This document shows, piece by piece, positions 29,136-39,661 of a stretch of DNA of 64,000 nt. The notes beneath the pieces were generated by a model. The model saw nothing but the letters and a program-made list of their open reading frames with translations. It was not told the DNA's origin and searched no databases. Within the stretch, counting starts at the first letter, position 1. Every line of letters starts with the position of its first letter. Location of the stretch: positions 69,391-133,390 of the forward strand of contig JBDRCT010000033.1 in NCBI GenBank assembly GCA_043821445.1, written 5' to 3'. A program made the position numbers and the translations under genes. This DNA is from Candidatus Omnitrophota bacterium. Lineage in GTDB: Bacteria; Omnitrophota; Omnitrophia; Omnitrophales; Aquincolibacteriaceae.

Positions 29136-30146
29136 TCATTTCCCCCGTTTGTTGAGAGCGTTAAGAAGCGCCCGGCGCATCACGCCCGCCGGCGCCTTTC
29201 GTCCCGTCCAAAGTTCCAAAGCCCGAGCGCCCTGATAAAGCAGCATCCCGAGCCCGTTGAGGGTCCGATGCCCTTTCTTTTTCGCCATCTTTAAAAAAGG
29301 TGTTACGGCCGGATTATAAATAAGATCCATAAAAAACTTCGGGCCGTAGCTTGCTTTTTTCGAGGCTCGCCCCCGCAGAGTTACTTGAACCCTTCCCGCT
29401 TGAGGGATCCAACTTTCCGGAACCACCTTCGGGTCTTGAGACCTCAGCCCGATCGGCGTCGCGTTGATAACAACATCGGCTTTTTGAAGAGCCTCCTTGA
29501 CCTCCGATGTTCCAGCCGCCACGGCATGGTAACCCACCTGTTTGAAAAGTTTCCGCATCTTCCTTGCGATTTTCCGGGCTTTTTGCGGAAAACAATCCGC
29601 AATCAGGATCTCCCGGATACCTGCCCGCGAAAGACCATAAACCACCGCACGTGCCGCGCCACCGGCCCCGAGGATCACGGCCTTTTTTCCGGACGGGCGA
29701 AACCCTCCTTCCTTCATGATCGCCCTGAGAAAACCTTCCATGTCCGTATTCGTACCTATCCACTGTCTTCCTTGTTTGAAAACAGTATTTACCGCGCCGA
29801 TAGCACGCGCTTCCGGCCGGATGCTGTCGAGATATTTCATCACCGTCTCTTTGAAGGGCACCGTGACATTAAAACCTGAAAGAGAAAGCTTGGAGGATCG
29901 GCGCATGAGCTTTTTGAAATCGACGGGAGTCGATTCTAAAACGATATAGTGGGCGTCGATCCCGAGCCTGCAAAACGCAGCTTCGTGCATGGCCGGAGAA
30001 AGAGTATGCGAAAGGGGGTACCCGAAGATCCCGTAAAGCTTAAAGGCCTTGTCCTGGCATCTGTTTTTTTCTGACTGAAGGTTGCCAGGACTAGTCCAAT
30101 TAACCTTCAAATTTTTTGATTGGGAATTGGGCTTGTCTTTTTTCAC
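29136..30146 (-). CDS. aroE: Shikimate dehydrogenase
   Basis: The core starts at KLYGIFGYPLSHTLSPAMHEAAF and includes GAGGAARAVVYGL. The ATG overlaps the leuA stop (ATGA). The roughly 33-aa N-terminal extension is coded by repeat R-C, so the true start is uncertain (possibly the TTG at codon 13). Confidence 0.8.
   Translation of the reverse strand: MKKDKPNSQSKNLKVNWTSPGNLQSEKNRCQDKAFKLYGIFGYPLSHTLSPAMHEAAFCRLGIDAHYIVLESTPVDFKKLMRRSSKLSLSGFNVTVPFKETVMKYLDSIRPEARAIGAVNTVFKQGRQWIGTNTDMEGFLRAIMKEGGFRPSGKKAVILGAGGAARAVVYGLSRAGIREILIADCFPQKARKIARKMRKLFKQVGYHAVAAGTSEVKEALQKADVVINATPIGLRSQDPKVVPESWIPQAGRVQVTLRGRASKKASYGPKFFMDLIYNPAVTPFLKMAKKKGHRTLNGLGMLLYQGARALELWTGRKAPAGVMRRALLNALNKRGK
30045..30137 (-). 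repeat. R-C: double-hairpin repeat element forming the 5' end of aroE
   Basis: Minus strand: ACAAGCCCAATTCCCAATCAAAAAATTTGAAGGTTAATTGGACTAGTCC + TGGCA-loop-TGCCAGGAC + AAGGCC. It is in the same frame as R-A, with peptide similarity DKPNSQSKNLKVNWTSPGNL vs [20 protein letters not shown]. Confidence 0.6.
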
Positions 30147-31690
30147 ACCGGGGAGGGCTGGCTTGCAGCCCGTTGAGAGTTCGCCGAAACTTTGTTAAGC
30201 GCGAAAAGGTAGGCACGTACGCTGGCTTCAATAATGTCGGTGCTCGTACCGCGGCCGGTCACTTCCTTGCCGCGGATCTCAAGCTTGACCAGCACTTCGC
30301 CCAAAGCATCTTTGCCGCTTGTGACCGATTGCAGGCCGTAATGAATAAGTTTCGCCCTGGAATTCACGATCTTCTCAATGGCCTTGTAACAAGCATCCAC
30401 GGGACCATCTCCGTTCGAGACGGCTTGTTTGGCCTGGCCCTCATAAGAAAGCTTGATCTGGGCGTGAGGCTTCGCACCGGTTTCAGACACCACCTTCATG
30501 GACATCAGCTTCCAAGTCTCCGGGATCTTGGCGATCTCATTTTGTAAGATGGCCTCGAGGTCTTCGTCAAAAATATATTTCTTCTTGTCCGCGAGAGCCT
30601 TGAATTGAACGAAAGCCTGATCGAGTTCCTTGGTTGCCAAACGGAACCCAAGTTTTCTTACGCGCACCTCAAAGGCGTGCTTACCCGAGAGTTTCCCGAG
30701 CATCAGCTGGCTGCCGGAAAGCCCGATTTTTTTGGGATCCATGATCTCATAGGTCTGACGCTTCTTGAGCACCCCGTCTTGATGGATGCCGGAAGCGTGC
30801 CAGAAGGCGTTGCGCCCGACGATCGCTTTGTTAGGCTGAACGACCATGCCCGTCAAATTAGAGACCAACCGCGAGGCTTTGGTGATCTCAGAGAGTTTGA
30901 TGTCTGTGTAACAATTCATGAAATCCGCGCGCGTGTCGATCGTCATGGCGATCTCCTCGAGCGAAGCATTCCCCGCACGTTCGCCGATCCCATTCACCGT
31001 ACACTCTACCTGATTTGCACCCGCCAGGACGGCAGCCAGGGAATTGGCCGTCGCGAGGCCAAGGTCATTATGACAATGAACCGAAAGCACGACTTTCTTG
31101 CCCAATTCGGGGTTTTTTTTGATCAGGAAACGGATCAATTCCGTGAACTCTTGTGGGACCGTATAACCCACGGTATCCGGAATATTGATCGAAGTGGCCC
31201 CCGCATGGATCGCGGCCCGGACGGTCCCTGCCAAAAAGTCCCGTTCGGTACGCGATGCATCTTCAGGCGAGAATTCGATCTGTTTGAAATCCTTGGCCGC
31301 GGACCTGATGTTCTGCTCGATCATCGCCAAGATCTCTTTTTTATTCTTCCTGAGTTTGAATTCACGATGGATCTGTGAGGTTGCGAGAAAAAGATGCAGG
31401 CGTTTCCTCGCGGCTTTTTCAAGAGCCCGTCGGCATGCATCGATATCCCTCGGCATCATACGCGAAAGACCGCAGATCACGGGCTTACGCACATGTTCCG
31501 CGATCATGGAGACGGCCTTCATCTCCCCAAGCGAAGACGCCGGGAACCCTGCTTCGATTACATCGATATTCAACCGCTCAAGCTGGCGCGCGATCGTCAG
31601 CTTCTCGTCGGGAGTAAGCGACGCCCCGGGCGATTGCTCGCCGTCTCTCAACGTGGTGTCGAATATGTGAATCTTCCGTTTTCCCGCCAT
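30143..31690 (-). CDS. leuA: 2-isopropylmalate synthase
   Basis: 515 aa. IFDTTLRDGEQSPGASL...HCHNDLGLATANSLAA, and a C-terminal regulatory domain. Confidence 0.9.
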   Translation of the reverse strand: MAGKRKIHIFDTTLRDGEQSPGASLTPDEKLTIARQLERLNIDVIEAGFPASSLGEMKAVSMIAEHVRKPVICGLSRMMPRDIDACRRALEKAARKRLHLFLATSQIHREFKLRKNKKEILAMIEQNIRSAAKDFKQIEFSPEDASRTERDFLAGTVRAAIHAGATSINIPDTVGYTVPQEFTELIRFLIKKNPELGKKVVLSVHCHNDLGLATANSLAAVLAGANQVECTVNGIGERAGNASLEEIAMTIDTRADFMNCYTDIKLSEITKASRLVSNLTGMVVQPNKAIVGRNAFWHASGIHQDGVLKKRQTYEIMDPKKIGLSGSQLMLGKLSGKHAFEVRVRKLGFRLATKELDQAFVQFKALADKKKYIFDEDLEAILQNEIAKIPETWKLMSMKVVSETGAKPHAQIKLSYEGQAKQAVSNGDGPVDACYKAIEKIVNSRAKLIHYGLQSVTSGKDALGEVLVKLEIRGKEVTGRGTSTDIIEASVRAYLFALNKVSANSQRAASQPSPV

Positions 31691-31713
31691 AACAGTTCCG
31701 GTGATTTCCTTTC

Positions 31714-32715
31714 TTACTTCGCTTTGCGGATGAATTCCATCATCCCGCGCAATTGCGCTCCGACTTTTTCAATCCCATGCTTGTCGCAATTTTCGCGCAT
31801 CTTTTTAAAATTGGGGCGTCCCTTTTTATTCTCTTCCATCCATTCCTTCGCGAATTTGCCGGACACGATCTCCTCCAGCATTTTCTTCATCTCTTTACGG
31901 GTATCCTTCGTGATCACACGCGGCCCGCGACTATAACCGCCATATTCCGCGGTATCGGAAACGCGTCGGTACATGCCGCTGATCCCGTGCACGAACATCG
32001 CGTCCACGATGAGCTTCACTTCATGAAGACATTCAAAATACGCCATCTCCGGCTGATACCCTGCCTCTACCAAAGTATCGTAGCCCGCCGTGATCAATTC
32101 GCTCAGACCGCCGCAGAGAACGGCCTGCTCACCGAAAAGATCCGTCTCGGTCTCTTCCTTGAAAGTGGTTTCGATCACGCCCGCACGAGTACCGCCGATC
32201 GCCTTTGCATAGGCAAGACCGATCTGGAGCGCCTTGCCGCTGGGATTCTGCTTTACAGCTACAAGGCATGGCACACCGCCGCCTTCCACGAATTGGGAAC
32301 GCACGAGCGAGCCCGGTCCCTTAGGGGCGACCATAAATACATCGATTTCCTTCGCGGGCTGGATATAGCCAAAATGGATGTTGAATCCGTGGGAGAAACA
32401 AAGCGATTTACCGGCCTTCATGTACGGCGCGATATGCTTTTCATAGATCTCAGCCTGGAGGTGATCCTGCGTCAAGATCTGAATGATATCCGCTTGTTGA
32501 GCCGCTTCGCTCGCGGCCATGGGCGTAAAGCCGTCCTTCACCGCCTGCTCATAGTTCGGCGTCCCCGGGATCTCGGAGACGATCACATCCACGCCCGAAT
32601 CACGAAGATTCAGTCCCTGACCGCGGCCCTGGATCCCATAGCCAATGATGGCGACTTTTTTGTCTTTTAAAAGGTTCAGATCCGCGTTTTTGTCATAATG
32701 AATTTTGACTGCCAT
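31714..32715 (-). CDS. ilvC: Ketol-acid reductoisomerase
   Basis: 333 aa. KVAIIGYGIQGRGQGLNLRDSG... Confidence 0.9.
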   Translation of the reverse strand: MAVKIHYDKNADLNLLKDKKVAIIGYGIQGRGQGLNLRDSGVDVIVSEIPGTPNYEQAVKDGFTPMAASEAAQQADIIQILTQDHLQAEIYEKHIAPYMKAGKSLCFSHGFNIHFGYIQPAKEIDVFMVAPKGPGSLVRSQFVEGGGVPCLVAVKQNPSGKALQIGLAYAKAIGGTRAGVIETTFKEETETDLFGEQAVLCGGLSELITAGYDTLVEAGYQPEMAYFECLHEVKLIVDAMFVHGISGMYRRVSDTAEYGGYSRGPRVITKDTRKEMKKMLEEIVSGKFAKEWMEENKKGRPNFKKMRENCDKHGIEKVGAQLRGMMEFIRKAK

Positions 32716-32736
32716 TTTATTTTCCTTTCGTTAGCT

Positions 32737-33300
32737 TTAGCGCTTTGTGAAATTATTTCTTTTTTGTTTTTTCGCCGTCTTACAAGCACCGGTCTTCCCG
32801 CCGCATTTCAAGGGAGCCTTGAGTTCGCCCCGGCGAGCCATGGCGATCTGTCCCGTCCGAACGACCTCCTTAAGATCAAAGGGCCTCAAAAGCTCGAGCA
32901 TGGCGTCGATCTTACCTTCGCTCCCTGTGACCTCGATTGTCAGGGATTCCGGACTTACGTCCACGATCTTCGCGCGGAACGTATTGACGACATGCATGAT
33001 GTCGTTACGATTGGACGCATTCGCGCCGATCTTGATCAGCACAAGCTCCCGCGTGATCATGTCCTGCGTCGTAAGGTCTTCCACCCGGATCACATCCACC
33101 AATTTATTCAGCTGCTTCATGATCTGCTCGACCACGCGGTCATCCCCGTTCGCGACCACGGTCATGCGCGACACTTCCGGATCCTGAGTCTCCCCCACTG
33201 CAAGACTGTCGATATTGAATCCGCGCGCCGAAAAAAGTCCTGCTACACGGGCTAAAACACCGGCGTGGTTTTCTACCAATACTGAGACTGTATGTTGCAT
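32737..33300 (-). CDS. ilvN: Acetolactate synthase small (regulatory) subunit, with a basic C-terminal tail
   Basis: 187 aa. HTVSVLVENHAGVLARVAGLFSARGFNIDSLAV is the ACT domain. The extra tail is RRGELKAPLKCGGKTGACKTAKKQKRNNFTKR. Confidence 0.85.
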   Translation of the reverse strand: MQHTVSVLVENHAGVLARVAGLFSARGFNIDSLAVGETQDPEVSRMTVVANGDDRVVEQIMKQLNKLVDVIRVEDLTTQDMITRELVLIKIGANASNRNDIMHVVNTFRAKIVDVSPESLTIEVTGSEGKIDAMLELLRPFDLKEVVRTGQIAMARRGELKAPLKCGGKTGACKTAKKQKRNNFTKR

Positions 33301-33334
33301 AAGAACTCCTTTTGATTATCTGAGGGTTTAGCGT

Positions 33335-33417
33335 CTAGTACCGTTCTCTATTTATTTTTACGGGTTAACGGTACTAGCACTACAAACCCGTAAAAATTAA
33401 CAGTAATGCAGTGCTAG
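33335..33417. repeat. X1: intergenic double-hairpin element between ilvB and ilvN
   Basis: H1 is CTAGTACCGTT-loop(ctctatttatttttacgggtt)-AACGGTACTAG. H2 is CTAGCACT-loop(acaaacccgtaaaaattaacagtaatgc)-AGTGCTAG. Loop 1 (TTTTTACGGGTT) is complementary to loop 2 (AACCCGTAAAAA). Confidence 0.7.
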
Positions 33418-33454
33418 AAAAACACGAAGGGTTTCCTAACCCCTCCCCTATTTT

Positions 33455-35140
33455 TTATGCCATATCCATGATCTGGTCCAGGGCATTCCCGGCCGGAACC
33501 ATCGGATAGACATTTGCTTCTCCGGAAACAAGGCATTGCACGACCACGGGGCCTTTATGAGCCAGCGCTTTTTTGATCGCCGGAATTACTTCTTTCTCTT
33601 GCGAGACTCGAAGCGCAAGGATCCCGTAAGCGCCCACTAATTTCACAAAATCAGGATTGGTAGGACCGATCACAGAACCCGAATAGCGCCGTTTGTAGAA
33701 AAGTTCCTGCCATTGGCGCACCATGCCATAATAACCATTATCCAGAATGAATGTCTTGACCGGCACTTTGTTATAAGCCGCGGTTGCGAGCTCCGTCATG
33801 GTCATCTGGAACGACCCGTCGCCTTCGATACAAACCACTGTTTCTTTGGGCTTTCCAAGCTGTGCGCCGATCGCGGCGGGAAAACCATACCCCATGGTTC
33901 CAAGCCCTCCGGACGTGAGCATGGTGCGTGGCCGGTTGAATTGATACCATTGCGCCGTCCACATTTGGTGCTGTCCCACACCGGTCACCACAATCGCCCG
34001 GTGCTTCGTCAGCTCTCCGATCTTTTTAATTACGTACGCAGGATGGATCTTCTGCCCCGTGTTCTCATATTTCATCGGATGCTTTTGCTTCCAAGCCGCG
34101 ATCCGAGCGAGCCATTCTTTCATATCCGAACGCTTGTCCGGAATAAGCGCGCTCAATTTTCCGATCGCCTGTTTTACGTCGCTCACCAAAGGCACATGCA
34201 CCCGAACGGTCTTTGAGATCGAAGATGGATCAATATCGATGTGGATGATCCTGGCATGCGGCGCGAACTTCGCCACGTTACCGGTCACGCGATCGTCAAA
34301 GCGCGCGCCGACCCCGATCAAAACATCGGAATTCTGCACCGCGTAATTCGCAAAATGAGTGCCATGCATCCCGAGCATCCTCAGCGAAGATTCATGTGTT
34401 TCCGGAAAGATCCCAAGCCCCAGGATCGTCGTCGTAATGGGGATCCCCGTCTTTTCCACGAACTTGCGGATCTCTTTTTCGGCTCCCGAAATGATCGCCC
34501 CGCCCCCCACATACAACACGGGCCGTTTGCTTCCGCGGATCAGTTCGGCAGCCTTCAGCATCTGTTCTTCCACCCCGGGACATTCCACGTCCGGTTGATA
34601 GCTCCGGATAAAAACATCTTTCGGCCATATAAACTCCGTTTTAGTCCGACTGATATCCACCGGAAAATCGATTAACACCGGACCGGGTTTTCCGGTCGTA
34701 GCGATATAGAATGCTTCACGCACGATCCTCGCAATGTCCCGAACATCCTTGATCAGAAAATTATGTTTCGTGATAGGACGCGTGATCCCGATGATGTCCA
34801 CTTCCTGGAACGCATCGCTCCCGATCGCATTCGTGGTCACCTGACCGGTGATGCAGACCAGAGGCACGGAATCCATATAAGCGGTTGCCAAACCGGTGAC
34901 AGTGTTCGTGGCTGCGGGTCCCGAAGTCACTAAACAAACGCCAGGACGTCCCGTCGCGCGAGCGTACCCATCCGCCATATGCGTCGCGCCCTGCTCATGC
35001 TTCGTCAAGATCAGTTTGATCTTGGAATCATAGAGCACATCGTAAGTAGGCAGAATGACCCCGCCTGGAAGGCCAAAAATGTGCCTCACATTTTCTTTTT
35101 CAAGACACTTGATCAAAATTTGAGCGCCTGTAAGTTTCAT
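33455..35140 (-). CDS. ilvB: Acetolactate synthase large subunit
   Basis: Thiamin-diphosphate enzyme motifs (GLPGG, GDGSFQM). The likely start is MKLTGAQIL. Confidence 0.9.
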   Translation of the reverse strand: MKLTGAQILIKCLEKENVRHIFGLPGGVILPTYDVLYDSKIKLILTKHEQGATHMADGYARATGRPGVCLVTSGPAATNTVTGLATAYMDSVPLVCITGQVTTNAIGSDAFQEVDIIGITRPITKHNFLIKDVRDIARIVREAFYIATTGKPGPVLIDFPVDISRTKTEFIWPKDVFIRSYQPDVECPGVEEQMLKAAELIRGSKRPVLYVGGGAIISGAEKEIRKFVEKTGIPITTTILGLGIFPETHESSLRMLGMHGTHFANYAVQNSDVLIGVGARFDDRVTGNVAKFAPHARIIHIDIDPSSISKTVRVHVPLVSDVKQAIGKLSALIPDKRSDMKEWLARIAAWKQKHPMKYENTGQKIHPAYVIKKIGELTKHRAIVVTGVGQHQMWTAQWYQFNRPRTMLTSGGLGTMGYGFPAAIGAQLGKPKETVVCIEGDGSFQMTMTELATAAYNKVPVKTFILDNGYYGMVRQWQELFYKRRYSGSVIGPTNPDFVKLVGAYGILALRVSQEKEVIPAIKKALAHKGPVVVQCLVSGEANVYPMVPAGNALDQIMDMA

Positions 35141-35200
35141 GATCTGTTTTCCGTTATGAGCCCTAGCCATCACTTTATTTGATCAGAATCGGAGAGAAGG

Positions 35201-36238
35201 TCAAATTGCGAAGAAGTTTTTCACGCCTTTTTTGAATTTTCCCTTCCAGGTCTTTTGTCCCTGAGCTACAGAAGCCTTCCAACTTTGCCCTGTGGATTCC
35301 ATCCAATCAAAAATTGATTTTTTAAATTCCAGGTCATTAAGTTCCTCATCGCTCTTGTAATCCACGAGATGGAGCGGATAACCCTTTTTTTGAAGTTCGT
35401 CGAACCAACCCTGGTTCCGAGACCGGGCTTCTCCATTCGCTTTCAGTGCGATGTAAAAGGGGACCTGGTCTGCCGCATCCGTGCGAAGCCGGATTAGTTG
35501 AGAAAAAGGTCCGTCCCACGCTTGGCCCAACAAAGCCACTGCCGCAAATTCCTTGGGATACTTAATCGCCATATAAGCCGCGTAATGGGCCCCCAAATCT
35601 TTTCCGACAAGATAGATGCGCTTTTTACTTATGGGAAAGCGTTCCACCATATCTCTTTTTACTGTCAGGAGCCACTCGTCCAGCCTATAAGGCGTATCCC
35701 CCTCTTTCGGCCAGAAAACAAAAGGGGCTAAAATAAAAAGGCCCTTTCTTTGAGCAAGCCCTGTCAAATACTCGATCTGTTCTTCCGCTTTCGCGTCTTG
35801 GGCCGGTGTGATCATGATCATCGCATAGGTCCTGTCGGTCCTGTAATCCTTCGGAGCGAAAAAAAAGACGGGATATTTGTAACCGCTGATCTCCACAAGT
35901 CCGGAAGGGTTTGAAGTTGTGAAGACCTGGTTTTGCGGCATATCTTGAGAAACAAGTTTTGGCGCCTCCGGCGAGGGCTGAACCCGTCCAGGCGTTTGAG
36001 ACCCTTCCGCTGTGGTCGCTGATGGGACTGCTCGGACTGGCGGAACAATCGCTTGCACAGGTTGCGCTCCCTCGGGAACTTGTTGGACCAAAGAGGCCCC
36101 TTCGACAACTCGGGCTTCCCCGAGCACCGGTAAAGTTTCATCATAGTTCGCCGCGGCTTTTTTTTCTTCAACCGTTTCAGCATAAGCGGTTATGCCGAAC
36201 GCGACGAAAAAAGCACTTAAAAAAAGAAATAAAACGCT
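35201..36238 (-). CDS. Secreted alpha/beta-hydrolase-like (esterase-type) protein
   Basis: A signal peptide (MSVLFLFLSAFFVAFGITAYA) and a Pro/Ala/Gln-rich linker precede a domain containing GKDLGAHYAAYMAIKYP, which is a GxSxG-like nucleophile elbow (GKDLG). The assignment is tentative. Confidence 0.45.
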   Translation of the reverse strand, partial: SVLFLFLSAFFVAFGITAYAETVEEKKAAANYDETLPVLGEARVVEGASLVQQVPEGAQPVQAIVPPVRAVPSATTAEGSQTPGRVQPSPEAPKLVSQDMPQNQVFTTSNPSGLVEISGYKYPVFFFAPKDYRTDRTYAMIMITPAQDAKAEEQIEYLTGLAQRKGLFILAPFVFWPKEGDTPYRLDEWLLTVKRDMVERFPISKKRIYLVGKDLGAHYAAYMAIKYPKEFAAVALLGQAWDGPFSQLIRLRTDAADQVPFYIALKANGEARSRNQGWFDELQKKGYPLHLVDYKSDEELNDLEFKKSIFDWMESTGQSWKASVAQGQKTWKGKFKKGVKNFFAI

Positions 36239-36411
36239 CATGCGACAGTTTTCCATTGGACCCTTGATCCCGTGGGGACTTAAATTGATGTAACTTGCTG
36301 CAACGAAAGAGGTTATTATTATATGGATAACCCCTGGCTTGTCAACGCGACTGAAATGGTCCAAAAAACATACCTTTTTGAAAAAACCGCATACTTCTCT
36401 TGAGAATCAGG

Positions 36412-38240
<1,829 letters not shown>

Positions 38241-38244
38241 CTAT

Positions 38245-38272
38245 GATTATAACAAATCCTCAGGGGGTGTCC
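38245..38272 (-). promoter_or_regulatory. Sigma70-like promoter for eno
   Basis: Minus strand TGGACA-N16-TATAAT about 65 nt upstream of the eno ATG, with an aaggag RBS. Confidence 0.4.
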
Positions 38273-38305
38273 AGCACCACGGGCATTGAAACCCGTTCAT
38301 GTCAT

Positions 38306-38875
38306 TCATTTTCCAGACAATACGAGATTTAAGGCCTGGGGGTAAATTTCGTATTCGAGGTTATGGATGCGGGCTTCCAATGTCTCAAGCGTATCGTTGG
38401 GAAGAACCGGGACTTTGCTCTGGAGGATAACGGGGCCAGTGTCCACCCCCGCATCGACAAAGTGAACCGTCACGCCGGTCTCCTTCACTTTCGCAGCCCA
38501 GGCGTCCTTGATCGCGTGAGCCCCCGGAAATGCCGGCAAAAGCGCGGGATGAATATTAATAAGCCGGCCATGGTATTTTTTTACGAATCCTTCGGTCAAG
38601 ATGCGCATGAACCCGGCCAGCACGATGATGTCGACCTTGTGTTTTTCAAGACATTCGCTCAGAGCCTGATCAAAAGCCGTCCGGTCCGCGTATGCCTTAT
38701 GATCGATCACAACTGTTTTCACCCCAAGCATGGCCGCCTTCTCGAGCGCCTTCACGCCGGGCTTGTTCGAGATCACGACTGCGGCTTCGGCATGGATCTC
38801 CCCCGCCCGGATTTTCTTGATTAGATTCTCGGCGTTGGTTCCACTGCCGGATACTAAGAAAGCAATGCGTTTCAT
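38306..38875 (-). CDS. purN: Phosphoribosylglycinamide formyltransferase
   Basis: 189 aa. IAFLVSGSGTNAENLI...NIHPALLPAFPG. Confidence 0.9.
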   Translation of the reverse strand: MKRIAFLVSGSGTNAENLIKKIRAGEIHAEAAVVISNKPGVKALEKAAMLGVKTVVIDHKAYADRTAFDQALSECLEKHKVDIIVLAGFMRILTEGFVKKYHGRLINIHPALLPAFPGAHAIKDAWAAKVKETGVTVHFVDAGVDTGPVILQSKVPVLPNDTLETLEARIHNLEYEIYPQALNLVLSGK

Positions 38876-38885
38876 ATTTGCTTTT

Positions 38886-38961
38886 CGCGCAACGCATAAA
38901 GCGCAACGTACAACGTGTTTTGACCACTTTTACGTTGAGCGTTGATCGTTGAGCGTTGAGC
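38886..38961. repeat. Heptad-repeat hairpin (CGTTGAG units) straddling the rsmI stop codon
   Basis: The right arm is cgttgag cgttgat cgttgag cgttgag (4 x 7 nt). The left arm is complementary (gcgcaacg...caacgtg). The loop contains the rsmI stop (38930-38932). The right arm encodes the RsmI C-terminal tail SSTLNDQRST. Confidence 0.65.
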
Positions 38962-39655
38962 TATCTCCTTTTTTCGGCAAAACTTGCTTTCGTCCTTTCC
39001 CAGAAACTAATACCACCATCTCGCCTTTGCGGGGCTCTTGCGTCATGTCCCGGATGAGTTCGGATAGGTTGCCGCGCAAGATCTCTTCGAATTTTTTCGT
39101 AAGTTCGCGCGCAACCGCAGCTTCTCGGTCTCCAAGGATCTCCCTCGCATCCTGGAGCATTTTCACGATCCTGAAGGGAGACTCAAAAAAAATGAGCGTT
39201 TCTTCCCGTTCTGTGAGCACCCGGAGCTCATGCCTGCGCCGTTCACCCTTATTGGAGAGAAAACCCAAAAAACTAAAACTGTCCGTCGGAAGGCCGCTTA
39301 AAACAAGCGCCGTTGTGATTGCCGACGGCCCCGGCAGTACTTCCAGCGGCAGCTGCTCCGCAAGCGCCGCGTGAACGACCTGGAACCCCGGATCGGATAC
39401 CAGCGGCATCCCACTATCTGAAACCAGTGCGAGACGCTTCCCTTCTTTTAGAAGCGCAACCACCTCCGCTGTCTTCTGCGGAGTGCTATGATCATGATAG
39501 CTGAGCAGCTGCTTCGCGATCCCGTAATGCCGGAGAAGTTTCTGCGTCTGCCGCGTGTCCTCACAGACGATGATGTCCGCCTGTTTCAAGGCCTCAAGCG
39601 CCCTGAACGTAATGTCTGAAAGATTACCGATCGGCGTCGGAACAAGGGTCAACAT
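38930..39655 (-). CDS. rsmI: 16S rRNA (cytidine1402-2'-O)-methyltransferase
   Basis: 241 aa. LTLVPTPIGNLSDITFRALEAL...IVCEDTR...ALVSDSGMPLVSDPG. Confidence 0.85.
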   Translation of the reverse strand: MLTLVPTPIGNLSDITFRALEALKQADIIVCEDTRQTQKLLRHYGIAKQLLSYHDHSTPQKTAEVVALLKEGKRLALVSDSGMPLVSDPGFQVVHAALAEQLPLEVLPGPSAITTALVLSGLPTDSFSFLGFLSNKGERRRHELRVLTEREETLIFFESPFRIVKMLQDAREILGDREAAVARELTKKFEEILRGNLSELIRDMTQEPRKGEMVVLVSGKGRKQVLPKKGDSSTLNDQRST

Positions 39656-39661
39656 AGCCGA

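Noticed and set aside
38886-38961. Heptad tandem repeats considered as a CRISPR array
   Set aside because: The units are 7 nt long with no spacers. They form one self-complementary hairpin, and there are no cas genes.
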